Part shown: piece after piece, positions 35,775 to 45,777 of the stretch
Layout of the letters: each line of letters starts with the position of its first letter
How positions within the stretch are numbered: the first letter of the stretch is position 1
Source of the DNA: an uncultured Eubacteriales bacterium
GTDB lineage: Bacteria; Bacillota; Clostridia; Oscillospirales; CAG-272
Length of the DNA: 64,000 nt
Assembly: GCA_900546315.1 (NCBI GenBank)
Contig: URCP01000004.1
Coordinates: forward strand, 195 to 64,194
Reading direction: 5' to 3'
Notes under the pieces: model-generated
What the model saw: the letters and a program-made list of their open reading frames with translations, nothing else
What the model was told of the DNA's origin: nothing
The model's database searches: none
Made by a program: the position numbers and the translations under genes

Positions 35775-36824
35775 TCAGTTTGTGCTCTCGGACGCGGCGT
35801 CGGCTTCACCGGGCCACGCGTGAGTGCGGATGTTGTTGAGCTCAATCGTGAAGGAATTCGTCTGGAGGTGCATTCCGTCTCCGTTATGGTAGTCCTCCGG
35901 GAGCCAGCCGTCGGCGTCGCGCAGGGCTGAGTTCGTGTCGAGGTATTTCACCCCGCACTCGGCGGCGATCTCGCATATCCACTTGTTCGCGGCGTCAATG
36001 AGCTCGTTGTTTATCGACTCAAGCCGAGCGTAGGTCTTCGCGACCGGGAATATCGACTGACAGATTATCTTCGTGTCCGGACTTGCTGTCTGGACCGACT
36101 CGATTATCTTCTTGTATTCCGACTTGAAGTAGTCCTCCTTCATGAAGGCCACGCCATTGACACCGAGGGTTATGACGAGATATTCCGGCTTCTTCTTCGC
36201 GACGGCGTCGGCGATGGTCAGCTCCTCATCGGTTTCCGGGTAGACGATCGTGGCGAATGACGCCTGCGACAGGGTGAGGGTTCCGGTCTTCGGCGTCCAG
36301 ACCTGCGTCGTGTCCTTTCCGCCCGCGAGCATCTTGTAGGCGCGCAGACCGTAGGTTGTCGAGTCGCCGAGGAACACCAGCTTGTCGATATATGCCTGTC
36401 CGGCGTCGGCTGTCTCGGCGAGCACCGTGTCCGGGTACAGCGAGAGGTAGTCGAGCGTCGTCTGCGGCGTGTTTGTCGACGGAGCTTCAACTGTGTCGCC
36501 GGAGACTGGTGTCGAAGCCGTGTCCGGAGACGTGGTGTCTGGTGACGATGTCGCGGGGGCATCAGTCACCGGAGCGGTTGTTTCGCCCGCTGTGGTGTCG
36601 GACGCTGTGGTGTCGGACGTTGTTGTGTCGGAGGGGTCCGTGTCCTGCGTGTCGGATATCGTGTCCTTTTGCGCCGTTGACGTCTGGTCGTCTGTTGACG
36701 GTACGTCGTCTTTCCTGTATGAGACCGAGATCAGCACGATAAGCACGACGAGGATCACGAATATCGCGAAAGCTGTCGCTTTGTACATGACCCCGCTTGA
36801 TTCAAATTCATTGTCGTTTTTCAT
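35775..36824 (-). CDS. SGNH/GDSL family hydrolase with N-terminal TM anchor and Thr/Asp/Ser-rich linker
   Basis: Block I is LVFLGDSTTYG and block V is DGMHL. The linker reads DTSDTTTSDTTASDTTAGETTAP. Confidence 0.8.
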   Translation of the reverse strand: MKNDNEFESSGVMYKATAFAIFVILVVLIVLISVSYRKDDVPSTDDQTSTAQKDTISDTQDTDPSDTTTSDTTASDTTAGETTAPVTDAPATSSPDTTSPDTASTPVSGDTVEAPSTNTPQTTLDYLSLYPDTVLAETADAGQAYIDKLVFLGDSTTYGLRAYKMLAGGKDTTQVWTPKTGTLTLSQASFATIVYPETDEELTIADAVAKKKPEYLVITLGVNGVAFMKEDYFKSEYKKIIESVQTASPDTKIICQSIFPVAKTYARLESINNELIDAANKWICEIAAECGVKYLDTNSALRDADGWLPEDYHNGDGMHLQTNSFTIELNNIRTHAWPGEADAASESTN

Positions 36825-36863
36825 TTGTGGAATAATCCTTTTTGAAATCTGATTTTGTATGGT

Positions 36864-37337
36864 TCAGTGTTTTCCGTTTCTGCTCGAGAAGAACTCACCG
36901 AACTGCGACTCGTACTCGAGGTCATCCGAGCGACGGTTCGCGGCGATACCGCGGACGATCAGGACTATCACGGCGATGACCGCGTATAGCACGGCGAATA
37001 TTCCGAGCCGGACAAATATCGCGCCGAAGTCGGCATACGCCTTCGGTATGACGATGAACACGAGCGAGAAAGCTATGAGCGAGCCGGTGAAGTGTATCAG
37101 CACCTTGAGCGCCCCGGACAGTTTGAGCCTGAACACGAGATTCAGCGCCGACATCATGAGACACGCCGCGAATATCATTCCCGCGGCGCCGAGACTCAGA
37201 AATCTGCCGACGATTCCGCCCTTTTCCGGCGAGGTCTGCCCGAACGCCGCGGCGACCGCGAGCAGGACGAATTCCGAAGCGGTGAAATAGACGCAGGCGT
37301 CTGAGAGTATTTTTTTGATTTCCTTCATGAATTTCAT
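36864..37337 (-). CDS. Hypothetical polytopic membrane protein
   Basis: The protein starts MKFMKEIKKILSDACVYF and has about 4 predicted TM segments. SD gaaggaag lies before the ATG at 37337; the track start is 37427. Confidence 0.55.
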   Translation of the reverse strand: MKFMKEIKKILSDACVYFTASEFVLLAVAAAFGQTSPEKGGIVGRFLSLGAAGMIFAACLMMSALNLVFRLKLSGALKVLIHFTGSLIAFSLVFIVIPKAYADFGAIFVRLGIFAVLYAVIAVIVLIVRGIAANRRSDDLEYESQFGEFFSSRNGKH

Positions 37338-37533
37338 TTCGAATCTTCCTTCGTCACGACAGAGTGCCACGACCGGTACGCCGGAGGTGTCCTTATACAT
37401 CATACCACTTTCCGGCAGATTTTTCAACAGCGTCGCGAGATAATTTATAAAAGAGTCACTTATTTATAACAAATCGTATTTTTTCTGACAGGCTCCGCCG
37501 GGAAACGCTTCCACGCGCTGATACGCTGAAGCG

Positions 37534-38559
37534 TCAGTCCGGCGCGTCGAGGTCGATGATTACGCTGTCGGCGACAGTCTCTCCGGATTCCTTGTCATAA
37601 TGCGTCGCGGAACGGAAGCGCGACAGGAACTTCGTGTATTCGTAGAGGTCAATCCAGATCTGGTTCCATCCGTCCTTCTGCGATTCGTCGAAGATCAGCT
37701 CGAGCCCGAAGTGCAGGTGCGGCGTGTCGATATTGTTCGTGTCCTCCTTTGCGGAGTAGCCGGTCATGCCGAGGTAGCCGATGACCTCGCCCGCCGTCAC
37801 GTTCATTCCTTCCTCTATCCCGGCGAACGGGTGCCCGCGGCGCAGGTGTGCGTAGTAGTAATAGCGTTTCCCGTCGTGGCTGCGTATACCTATCCGCCAG
37901 CCGCCGTACTGGTTCCAGCCGCACGCCTCGACGCGTCCGGACTCGACGGCGACGATCGGCGTGCCGATGTCCCCGAGCATATCGTGCCCGAGATGCGGCC
38001 GTCTGTAGCCGTAAGAGCGCGACGCGCCGAAATCGTCGTAGTCGCCGTAGTGATATCCGGCGGCGATCGGTGAGAAGACCCTGACGCCGTATCTTTTTTC
38101 GTAGTTGCCGTCGGAGCCTTTCACGGCGTAGTTTCCCATGACGCCGCCGAGCGCGGCGCCGTAGGCTCCGCTGTAATAGACGAACAGCTTCGGGTTCTTT
38201 GTTATGTCTTCAGGAGCTTCACCGGCGGCGAGGCGTTCGGATATTTTCCGGATTGTGTCGGTCTTTATTCTCTTTACTTCTCCTCCGTTGTCCGCCGCCG
38301 CTATCGCGAGGATTGTGACGAGCTCCGCGTGAGTGCCCGAGCCTTTTTTCGCGGCTTCGTATGTCTCGAGGTCGCATTTGACCGCGGCGCGGATGAGATC
38401 GGATGTGAGGTCGAAGTCCACCCATTTTATGTATCCGTCCGCCATCGCGGGTTCGGCGCCGCTGCGGAGGAACGACGGCAGGAGCAGGAGGAAGGCGAGC
38501 GTTATATACATGGCGCGGAGTATCACTTTCCGGCGGGCGGAGGGTCGTCCGGTTTTCAA
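37534..38559 (-). CDS. M23 family metallopeptidase
   Basis: The motifs HLGHDMLGDIGTPIVAVESG and GMTGYS...PHLHFGL are present, with an N-terminal signal/anchor. Confidence 0.85.
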   Translation of the reverse strand: MKTGRPSARRKVILRAMYITLAFLLLLPSFLRSGAEPAMADGYIKWVDFDLTSDLIRAAVKCDLETYEAAKKGSGTHAELVTILAIAAADNGGEVKRIKTDTIRKISERLAAGEAPEDITKNPKLFVYYSGAYGAALGGVMGNYAVKGSDGNYEKRYGVRVFSPIAAGYHYGDYDDFGASRSYGYRRPHLGHDMLGDIGTPIVAVESGRVEACGWNQYGGWRIGIRSHDGKRYYYYAHLRRGHPFAGIEEGMNVTAGEVIGYLGMTGYSAKEDTNNIDTPHLHFGLELIFDESQKDGWNQIWIDLYEYTKFLSRFRSATHYDKESGETVADSVIIDLDAPD

Positions 38560-38650
38560 TATCGTGCGCTCCTTTCGGACTATATATCATTCATGTATGT
38601 GTATACAAAATATATTATGCGAAAAATCATGATTTATTTACCCTTGACGG

Positions 38651-38679
38651 TTGACTTTTCTGAATAAAGAATGTATAAT
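38651..38679 (+). promoter_or_regulatory. Promoter TTGACT-17-TATAAT for the nusB operon
   Basis: The sequence is TTGACTtttctgaataaagaatgTATAAT. Confidence 0.55.
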
Positions 38680-38788
38680 ATACATGTATGCTGATTTATT
38701 ATGCATTCGTGTGATGTATATATGCTCATTCAAAATATAGATTTCGCCGCGGAAAGCGCCGCGGCACGAAAGGAACAGAACGATTCAT

Positions 38789-39241
38789 ATGGAAGACTCA
38801 AGAAAAACAGTTGACTCGAGAAAGGCGGCGCGTGAATTCACCGTCGGTCTCCTTTTCGCAAAATCATTCGCGCCGGAGGAGGACGCCGACACGTTCTTTG
38901 CCAGAGAGCTCGACAATTCGGAGGCAGCGCTCGGTTTGTTTAGCGACTATGTGCGCGGGGCGTTCTTCGGCGTCTGTGACAACCTCGCGGATATCGACGA
39001 AAAGATTTCCACGGCGGCTGCCGGCTGGTCGCTCTCGAGAATATCGCGCGCGTCTCTCGCGATAATGCGCCTCGCGGTCTACGAGATGACGTCGGTCGAC
39101 GACGTCCCGAAGAGGGTCGCGCTCAACGAGGCGATCGAGCTCGCGAAGAAGTTCGACGACGATAAGGCCCCCTCTTTCGTGAACGGTGTGCTCAACAGCA
39201 TCGCCCATTCGCTCCCGGACAGAGAGTGCGACAGGAAATGA
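38789..39241 (+). CDS. nusB: Transcription antitermination factor NusB
   Basis: The 150-aa protein carries LAIMRLAVYEM...LNEAIELAKKFDDDKAPSFVNGVLNSI. Confidence 0.9.
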   Translation: MEDSRKTVDSRKAAREFTVGLLFAKSFAPEEDADTFFARELDNSEAALGLFSDYVRGAFFGVCDNLADIDEKISTAAAGWSLSRISRASLAIMRLAVYEMTSVDDVPKRVALNEAIELAKKFDDDKAPSFVNGVLNSIAHSLPDRECDRK

Positions 39242-40254
39242 GTCGGTATTATATCGGTATCGACACGTCGAATTACACGACCTCCTGCGCTCTGTTCGAC
39301 GCGGAGAGAGGGGAGTTTCTCTCGAACGTGAAGCGCCTACTCCACGTAGAGCACGGCGGCAGAGGGCTCAGACAGAGCGACGCTGTGTTCGCTCACGTGA
39401 AGAATCTTCCGGACGTGACGGCGGAGGCTCTTGCCGGGCTTGAACCGGAGTTTCTGCGCGCCGTGGGCGTGTCGGTTTCCCCGCGCGACGCGGACGGGTC
39501 GTATATGCCGTGCTTTCTCGCCGGTGAGGCGGCGGCGTCGACGCTCGCGAGCGGAGTGAAGAAGCCGCTCATGAAATTTTCGCATCAGGCGGGGCATATA
39601 ATGGCGGCGCTGTGGTCGAGCGGGTCGCCGGATCTTCTTTCGCGCGAGTTCATCGCTTTTCACGTTTCCGGAGGAACTACCGAGATGCTGCTTGTCGAGC
39701 CGGAGATCGGCGGACGCGGCGACGGTTCGTTCGGCGTCAGGCTCGGGATAACTAGGCTCGGCGGGACGCTCGACCTCAACGCGGGTCAGGCGATAGACCG
39801 TGCGGGAGTCATGATGGGGCTCGATTTCCCGTGCGGAGCGGAGCTTGAGCGCATGGCGCTCGAGGGAATCCGTGAGGGTGTGAGGTTTGAGCGGACCGGG
39901 GTCTCGGTGAAGGGCTGCGGGTGTAATCTCTCCGGGCTCGAGAACAAGGTCGCCGCGATGCTGAAAAATGGTTCCGACCCGCGCGCCGCGGCGATGTACA
40001 CGCTTGATTTCGTCGGAAGGACGCTTATAAAGCTGACCGACAACGCTCTCGAAGAGATGACGACAAAAGGACACAAAAAGGTTCCGGTGCTGTACGCGGG
40101 AGGCGTCATGAGCTGTTCCATCATAAAGGATATGATAAAGCGGCGCGGATATGATTCGCGTTTCGCGGAACCGAAATTTTCGAGCGACAACGCCGCGGGG
40201 ACAGCGCTTTTAGCGGCGACAGGCACGGAGGGAACCGGATTTTGGCAGAGATGA
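39238..40254 (+). CDS. Kae1/TsaD (glycoprotease, ASKHA-fold) family paralog
   Basis: The protein reads MSRYYIGIDTSNYTTSCALFD, with SHQAGH resembling the TsaD HxxxH metal site and FHVSGGTTE. The start makes an ATGA overlap with the nusB stop. Confidence 0.65.
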   Translation: MSRYYIGIDTSNYTTSCALFDAERGEFLSNVKRLLHVEHGGRGLRQSDAVFAHVKNLPDVTAEALAGLEPEFLRAVGVSVSPRDADGSYMPCFLAGEAAASTLASGVKKPLMKFSHQAGHIMAALWSSGSPDLLSREFIAFHVSGGTTEMLLVEPEIGGRGDGSFGVRLGITRLGGTLDLNAGQAIDRAGVMMGLDFPCGAELERMALEGIREGVRFERTGVSVKGCGCNLSGLENKVAAMLKNGSDPRAAAMYTLDFVGRTLIKLTDNALEEMTTKGHKKVPVLYAGGVMSCSIIKDMIKRRGYDSRFAEPKFSSDNAAGTALLAATGTEGTGFWQR

Positions 40255-41618
40255 ACAGCTCCGGCAGGGGTCTCGACCCGGGGATAGAAAAGCTCCTCTC
40301 GGGCGGGCGCGGGCATGAAAAGCCATCCGCGGGCGGCAATGCATCGGCGGAGCGTGACAAGCGCGCCGTCCTGTCGGTCGGACAGGTTAACGCGTATGTT
40401 AAACGTATCATAGATTCCGACCGCATTCTCGCGAATATCTTTGTCCGCGGTGAGATATCAAATTTTACAGATCATTACAGAACCGGACATCTGTATTTCA
40501 CACTGAAGGACGAGGACGGCGCGATCTCGGCTGTCATGTTCCGGAACGCTGCGGAAAAGCTCCGGTTCATTCCGGAGGACGGCATGAAGGTCATTCTTCA
40601 CGGTCGTGTCTCCGCTTTCGTGAAGACCGGACAGTATCAGATATATGTCGACGACATAGAGCCGGACGGCGTCGGAAGCCTTTATTTCGCGTTCGAGCAG
40701 CTCAAGAGAAAGCTCGCCGCCGAGGGACTTTTCGACGAGGCGAGAAAGCGCCCGCTCCCGAGGTATCCGTCGAGAGTCGGTGTAATAACGTCGCCGACCG
40801 GCGCCGCCATAAGGGATATCATAAATATTTCCGGCAGAAGGTATCCGCTCGCGGAGCTGATACTTTACCCGGCGCTCGTTCAGGGCGATGAGGCTGCGGC
40901 GTCGCTTATTTCGGGGATGAGGTATTTTAACACTCCGGACGAAAATGGCGGGGATCGTGTCGATCTGATAATAATAGGACGAGGCGGCGGAGCGATCGAG
41001 GACTTATGGGCGTTTAACGACGAAGTTTTGGCGAGGAATATCGCGGCGAGCCGGATACCGGTCATATCGGCGGTCGGTCACGAGACGGATTTCACAATCT
41101 GTGACTTCGCGGCGGATCTCCGCGCTCCTACACCGTCCGCGGCGGCGGAGCTCGCTTTCCCGGACAGAAACGACCTCAGGCGGCGTTTCATGAATGTTAT
41201 AACACATATGTCCCTCGCGATGGACTCAAGGATAAACTCGGAGCGGAAAAGGCTCGACGCGTTCGCGAGGAGCCGCTCGCTCACGGATCCGCGGTATATC
41301 ATCGACGACAGGCGGATGCTTCTCGCGGCGCTTTCGGACGGGCTTAACTTGCGGATGAATTCGATAGTCAGGGACGACAGGGCTAAACTCGGAGCGCTTA
41401 CGGCGACAATGCGGGCGCTTGACCCGATGGCTGTCATATCGAGGGGATATTCCGCCGTCTTCAGAGACGACGGGAAGATCGTCAAGTCGGTCGGGGACGT
41501 GACCGCCGGGAAACATCTGACCCTGCGTGTCACGGACGGTGAGATAGACGCGGACGTCACAGGCATCAGAGTGATAGATAAGAAAACGTGTAATGGAGAA
41601 GAAAACGGCAATGAGTGA
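40242..41618 (+). CDS. xseA: Exodeoxyribonuclease VII large subunit
   Basis: The OB-fold N-terminus reads LSVGQVNAYVKRIIDSDRILANIFVRGEISNF, and RGGGAIEDLWAFNDE is present. The start is TTG with SD ggaggg. Confidence 0.9.
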   Translation: MAEMNSSGRGLDPGIEKLLSGGRGHEKPSAGGNASAERDKRAVLSVGQVNAYVKRIIDSDRILANIFVRGEISNFTDHYRTGHLYFTLKDEDGAISAVMFRNAAEKLRFIPEDGMKVILHGRVSAFVKTGQYQIYVDDIEPDGVGSLYFAFEQLKRKLAAEGLFDEARKRPLPRYPSRVGVITSPTGAAIRDIINISGRRYPLAELILYPALVQGDEAAASLISGMRYFNTPDENGGDRVDLIIIGRGGGAIEDLWAFNDEVLARNIAASRIPVISAVGHETDFTICDFAADLRAPTPSAAAELAFPDRNDLRRRFMNVITHMSLAMDSRINSERKRLDAFARSRSLTDPRYIIDDRRMLLAALSDGLNLRMNSIVRDDRAKLGALTATMRALDPMAVISRGYSAVFRDDGKIVKSVGDVTAGKHLTLRVTDGEIDADVTGIRVIDKKTCNGEENGNE

Positions 41619-41841
41619 GACCAGAAAGAAGGAGCCGGGCTTCGAGAAGTCGATAGCGAGGCTTGAGGAGATAGTCCGCGCGCTCGACGACGGGAGCGCG
41701 CCGCTCGATGAATCGCTGAAGCTGTTCGAGGAGGGCGTTGGGCTTGTGAGAGCCTGCACCGCGAAGCTCGACAGCGCCGAACAGAAGGTGAAGATCCTGA
41801 CCGGCGGGACTGAGAAGAATTTCATCCCGGCTGATCAGTGA
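41611..41841 (+). CDS. xseB: Exodeoxyribonuclease VII small subunit
   Basis: The protein carries FEKSIARLEEIVRALDDGSAPLDESLKLFEEGVGL. An alternative start lies at 41593. Confidence 0.9.
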   Translation: MSETRKKEPGFEKSIARLEEIVRALDDGSAPLDESLKLFEEGVGLVRACTAKLDSAEQKVKILTGGTEKNFIPADQ

Positions 41842-41865
41842 GATTCCATAACGGAAGGAACGGAA

Positions 41866-42774
41866 ATGACGATGGATATTGAAGCGATGCTCGCCTCACG
41901 CGCGGCTCTTGTGGAGAAGGAGCTCGAAGCTCTCTCGGCGGAGAGCGACCCGGACTACGGCATCGTCTGCGACGCGATGCGTTACAGCCTTTTGTCGGGC
42001 GGAAAGAGACTGCGTCCCTTTCTCGCCATAGAGTTCGCGTCGCTCGCGTCGAGAGCGTCGGGTACCGACCCCGCGAGGGCGGATAAGTGCGCGCTGAGAT
42101 TCGGCGCGGCGCTCGAGATGATACACACGTATTCTTTGATACACGACGATCTGCCGTGTATGGACAATGACGACCTGCGGCGCGGCAAGCCAACCTGCCA
42201 CGTGAAGTACGGCGAGGCGAACGCTCTTCTCGCCGGGGACGCGCTGCTGACGAAGGCGTTCGGCGTCGCGGCGGGGAATCCGTTTGCGGAGCCGGAGACA
42301 ATTATGCGGGCGGTCTCGCTGATGTCGCGCTGCGCCGGAATCGACGGAATGATCGGCGGACAGGTGATGGACCTTGAGAGCGAGAACAAGGAGATCGGGC
42401 TTGCGTCACTCGAAAAATTGCAATCGCTCAAAACCGGCGAGCTGATACGGTGCGCCGCGCTCCTCGGCTGTCTTTCCGGAAACGCGCCGGAGACGCTTAA
42501 CAGAGCGGCGGAGAGATACGCGGACGGTATAGGGCGGGCTTTTCAGGTGATCGACGACATACTCGACGTCACCGGAGACGAGAAGACGTTCGGAAAGCCG
42601 ACAGGCAGCGACGCCGAGAGCGGAAAAAACACCTTCGCGACGTTGATGACAATCGATGAGGCGAGAGAATACGCGGCGTCCGTCACGTCGGACGCTGTGA
42701 GCGCGATAAAGGGCTTCGACGGCTCGGAGCAGCTCTCATCGCTCGCCGGATGGCTTCTTGAAAGGAAGAAATAG
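41866..42774 (+). CDS. ispA: Polyprenyl (farnesyl/geranylgeranyl) diphosphate synthase
   Basis: The two Asp-rich motifs are LIHDDLPCMDNDDLRRG and QVIDDILD. Confidence 0.9.
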   Translation: MTMDIEAMLASRAALVEKELEALSAESDPDYGIVCDAMRYSLLSGGKRLRPFLAIEFASLASRASGTDPARADKCALRFGAALEMIHTYSLIHDDLPCMDNDDLRRGKPTCHVKYGEANALLAGDALLTKAFGVAAGNPFAEPETIMRAVSLMSRCAGIDGMIGGQVMDLESENKEIGLASLEKLQSLKTGELIRCAALLGCLSGNAPETLNRAAERYADGIGRAFQVIDDILDVTGDEKTFGKPTGSDAESGKNTFATLMTIDEAREYAASVTSDAVSAIKGFDGSEQLSSLAGWLLERKK

Positions 42775-42784
42775 CAGTCAGAAA

Positions 42785-43240
42785 ATGAAAAACGAGTTTT
42801 TAGGATTTTTTTCGAATTATGTGCTGATCTGCGCGTTCATCGCGTGGTTCGGGGCGCAGTTCATAAAGTGCGGGGCTTATATAATCAAGAACCATTCGTT
42901 CAGCTTCTCGGTGCTTATGTCTTCGGGCGGAATGCCGAGCTCGCACTCGTCGACCGTTTGCTCGATGGTCGTCGCGACAGGGAAGCTGAACGGCACGCAT
43001 TCTGTGACCTTCGCGCTCGCGTTCGTCATGGCGTTCATTGTCATGTATGACGCGGCGGGAGTCAGACGCGCCGCGGGGGAGCAGGCAAAGGTGCTCAACA
43101 AGATTGTTCACGACATCTCAACCGGCGAGTCAAGGTATCTCGACAAGAACCTGAAGGAGCTCATCGGGCACACGCCGCTTCAGGTCCTCGCGGGCGCGGT
43201 TCTCGGGATACTGATCGGCGCGCTGATCCCGGTGTTTTAA
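42785..43240 (+). CDS. Divergent PAP2 family membrane protein (YuiD-like)
   Basis: The motifs GGMPSSHSSTV and MYDAAGVRRAAGEQA are present. Confidence 0.8.
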   Translation: MKNEFLGFFSNYVLICAFIAWFGAQFIKCGAYIIKNHSFSFSVLMSSGGMPSSHSSTVCSMVVATGKLNGTHSVTFALAFVMAFIVMYDAAGVRRAAGEQAKVLNKIVHDISTGESRYLDKNLKELIGHTPLQVLAGAVLGILIGALIPVF

Positions 43241-43243
43241 GAG

Positions 43244-44077
43244 ATGCGGGCGGACATATTTATCGCCGAAAACGGCTATGCTAAGAGCCGTGAGGAGGCG
43301 AAGCGGCTGATCGCGTCCGGCGGCGTTGTCGTAAACGGGAAAACGCTGACGAAGCCGTCCTCACAGATAGACGGGGAGACGCCGCCGGAGATCCTGATAA
43401 CCGCTGAACGGTCAAAATACGTGAGCCGCGGCGGACTTAAGCTCGAGAAGGCGATAGACGTCCTCGGGCTCGATCCGGCGGGGGCTGACGCCGTCGATAT
43501 AGGCGCGTCGACGGGCGGCTTCACCGACTGTCTCCTGAAGCACGGAGCGCGCCGTGTCCGCGCGGTGGACGTCGGGCGCTCACAGCTCGACGGGACGCTG
43601 AAAAACGACCCGCGTGTCATCTCGTATGAGGGAATGAACGCGAGATATATCGGACCGGAGGATATCGGCGGCAAATGCACGCTCGCCGTCTGCGACGTGT
43701 CGTTCATTTCGCTCGCGTTGATATTTCCGGCGGTGAGACGGATACTCGAGCCGGACGGCGTCTTCGCGGCGCTCATAAAGCCGCAGTTCGAGGCGGGAAG
43801 AGCGAATATCGGTAAAAACGGTATCGTGCGCTCGAGAGCCGTACACGCGGAGGTCATCTCGCGTGTGCTGTCCGACGCCGCGGTGAGCGGGCTTCACTGC
43901 CGCGCGCTCACTGTCTCGCCGATTGAGGGCGGGGACGGCAACCGCGAGTATGTGGCTGTTTTCGACGGCGGCGTCACCTGCGGGACGATATCCGACAGCC
44001 TTATAAGGCGCGTCACAGAAGGCACGCTCGACAGTGTCTTCGCCTCCGGCAGAGGGCAGTATAACGATCTGACATAA
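43244..44077 (+). CDS. tlyA: TlyA family rRNA 2'-O-methyltransferase
   Basis: It has an S4-like N-terminus, YVSRGGLKLEKAI, and the SAM motif DIGASTGGFTDCLL. Confidence 0.9.
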   Translation: MRADIFIAENGYAKSREEAKRLIASGGVVVNGKTLTKPSSQIDGETPPEILITAERSKYVSRGGLKLEKAIDVLGLDPAGADAVDIGASTGGFTDCLLKHGARRVRAVDVGRSQLDGTLKNDPRVISYEGMNARYIGPEDIGGKCTLAVCDVSFISLALIFPAVRRILEPDGVFAALIKPQFEAGRANIGKNGIVRSRAVHAEVISRVLSDAAVSGLHCRALTVSPIEGGDGNREYVAVFDGGVTCGTISDSLIRRVTEGTLDSVFASGRGQYNDLT

Positions 44078-44100
44078 CACTGAAAGGTCGGTATTTCGGA

Positions 44101-44982
44101 ATGAAGAATATCGGTATCTATTCTAACGCGGATAAGGACAAGGATTTCGCCGGGACCGCGGCGGTGATAGGCGCTCTCGGCGCGATAAGGCTGACGCGTG
44201 ACGGCGTCGGGGTGTTCATGGATATTTCGCAGGAGTGCGCGGTGAGGGATACTCTCGGTGAGGACGCCGTCAGAGACGTCGTTTTTCTCCCGGAGTGTGA
44301 GATGACGAGGACGATTGACGTAATGATAGTCCTCGGCGGAGACGGAACGCTTCTCAAGGCGGCGAGACGCTGTTCGCCGGCGGGGATACCCCTGCTCGGG
44401 ATAAACCTCGGGCGGGTCGGGTATATGGCGGAGCTCGAGATAAACGAGCTTCATATGCTCGGGAGGCTGATTGACGGCAATTATAATGTCGAGAGTCGGA
44501 TGATGCTCGACGCGGCGATACCCGGAAAGTCCGGAATGTTCGCGCTGAACGACGCCGTGCTCGGCGCGGAGTCGGTGTTCAGGATGGTCGATATAGAGCT
44601 CTGCTGCGACGGGAAGATTGTCAACCACTACAGGTGCGACGGGCTCATCGTCTCGACTCCTACCGGATCTACCGCGTATTCGCTGTCCGCGGGAGGACCT
44701 GTCATCGACCCGTGCATGGACGCCATCGCGGTGACGCCGGTCTGCGCCCACTCGCTGTCGGCGGCGCCTATCGTCTTTTCGGCGTCATCGGTGCTTGAGG
44801 TGCGGAACCTCTCGAAGAGGTCTCCGGAGATGTACCTGTCGCTCGACGGCTCCGAGATGTTCCGTGTAGGCTACGGGGAGAGCGTCAGGATAACGAAGTC
44901 GCCGCTGTCCTGCGGTTTCGTGAGATTGAAGGATGGAGGCTTCTACGAGGTGCTGCGCCGTAAGATGGCGGAGAGCATATAG
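44101..44982 (+). CDS. nadK: NAD kinase
   Basis: The motifs GGDGTLL and VSTPTGSTAYSLSAGGP are present. Confidence 0.92.
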   Translation: MKNIGIYSNADKDKDFAGTAAVIGALGAIRLTRDGVGVFMDISQECAVRDTLGEDAVRDVVFLPECEMTRTIDVMIVLGGDGTLLKAARRCSPAGIPLLGINLGRVGYMAELEINELHMLGRLIDGNYNVESRMMLDAAIPGKSGMFALNDAVLGAESVFRMVDIELCCDGKIVNHYRCDGLIVSTPTGSTAYSLSAGGPVIDPCMDAIAVTPVCAHSLSAAPIVFSASSVLEVRNLSKRSPEMYLSLDGSEMFRVGYGESVRITKSPLSCGFVRLKDGGFYEVLRRKMAESI

Positions 44983-45090
44983 TCTGAAAACAAGTTTTCA
45001 GACCAAACAGTTTTGAGGCTTTCACGACGTAGGGGCGTGAATTTTGAAAGCCGGACAAGCCGTCTTTCAAAACCGCCTCAAAACCGTAAG
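44982..45090 (+). repeat. Rep109 copy 3 (core only)
   Basis: The first base is the last base of the nadK stop codon. The core is conserved, with a few substitutions in helices 1 and 3. Confidence 0.85.
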
Positions 45091-45285
45091 ATAGCTATGA
45101 AAAACGGTCCCGCTCGGGACTACTTACATACGAAAGAGAGATTTGAAATGGCAGAAAACGAAGAAGTTCTCGAAACGGCGGAGTCCGATGGGGATGCGGC
45201 GCGCGGAGGCACGCCGGAGGCACCGTCTCCGGAATCGCGCTCCGGAAGACGCCGTCCGACGGAGAACGAGCGCGGAGGGATACTT

Positions 45286-45738
45286 ATGAAATACAACCGT
45301 CAGAGCGAGATAATCGCTCTCATAAACGAGAACGAGATAGAGAAGCAGGATGAGCTCTCGGAGCGCCTGAGAGAAAAGGGCTACATGGTGACCCAGGCGA
45401 CGATCTCCCGCGATATACGCGAGCTCGGGCTGATCAAGGTCACGGGCTCGACAGGAAAATACAAGTACGCGCTCCCGCGCCGCGAGCAGGTGCCGATCAA
45501 CTCGAAGTTCCGCAATCTGCTGATCGAGACGGTGACCGGACTTGACAGCGCGAACAACATAGCGGTCGTGAAGACCTGCTCCGGAATGGCGCCCGGAGCC
45601 GCGGCGGCGATAGACTCGATGAGCCACAACGACATCGTCGGCAGCGTCGCGGGCGACGATACGATAATAATTGTGATGCGCACGAACGAGGCGGCGTCGA
45701 CGCTTATCGCGGAGCTGCGCTCGATAATCGATAAATAA
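45286..45738 (+). CDS. argR: Arginine repressor
   Basis: The protein reads MKYNRQSEIIALINENEIEKQDELSERLREKGYMVTQATISRDIRELGL with SD ggaggga. The in-frame upstream ATGs at 45148 and 45013 are less likely starts. Confidence 0.88.
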   Translation: MKYNRQSEIIALINENEIEKQDELSERLREKGYMVTQATISRDIRELGLIKVTGSTGKYKYALPRREQVPINSKFRNLLIETVTGLDSANNIAVVKTCSGMAPGAAAAIDSMSHNDIVGSVAGDDTIIIVMRTNEAASTLIAELRSIIDK

Positions 45739-45777
45739 CCGCGGGATTCTCCGCGGAGGTGAAAGGCGGCGGTACGG

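Noticed and set aside
36588-36632. Tandem ~15-bp DNA repeats (GCTGTGGTGTCGGAC-like) that at first glance resemble a short array.
   Set aside because: They lie inside the SGNH hydrolase CDS and encode its Thr/Asp/Ser-rich linker. There are no spacers, so this is not a CRISPR array or a regulatory array.
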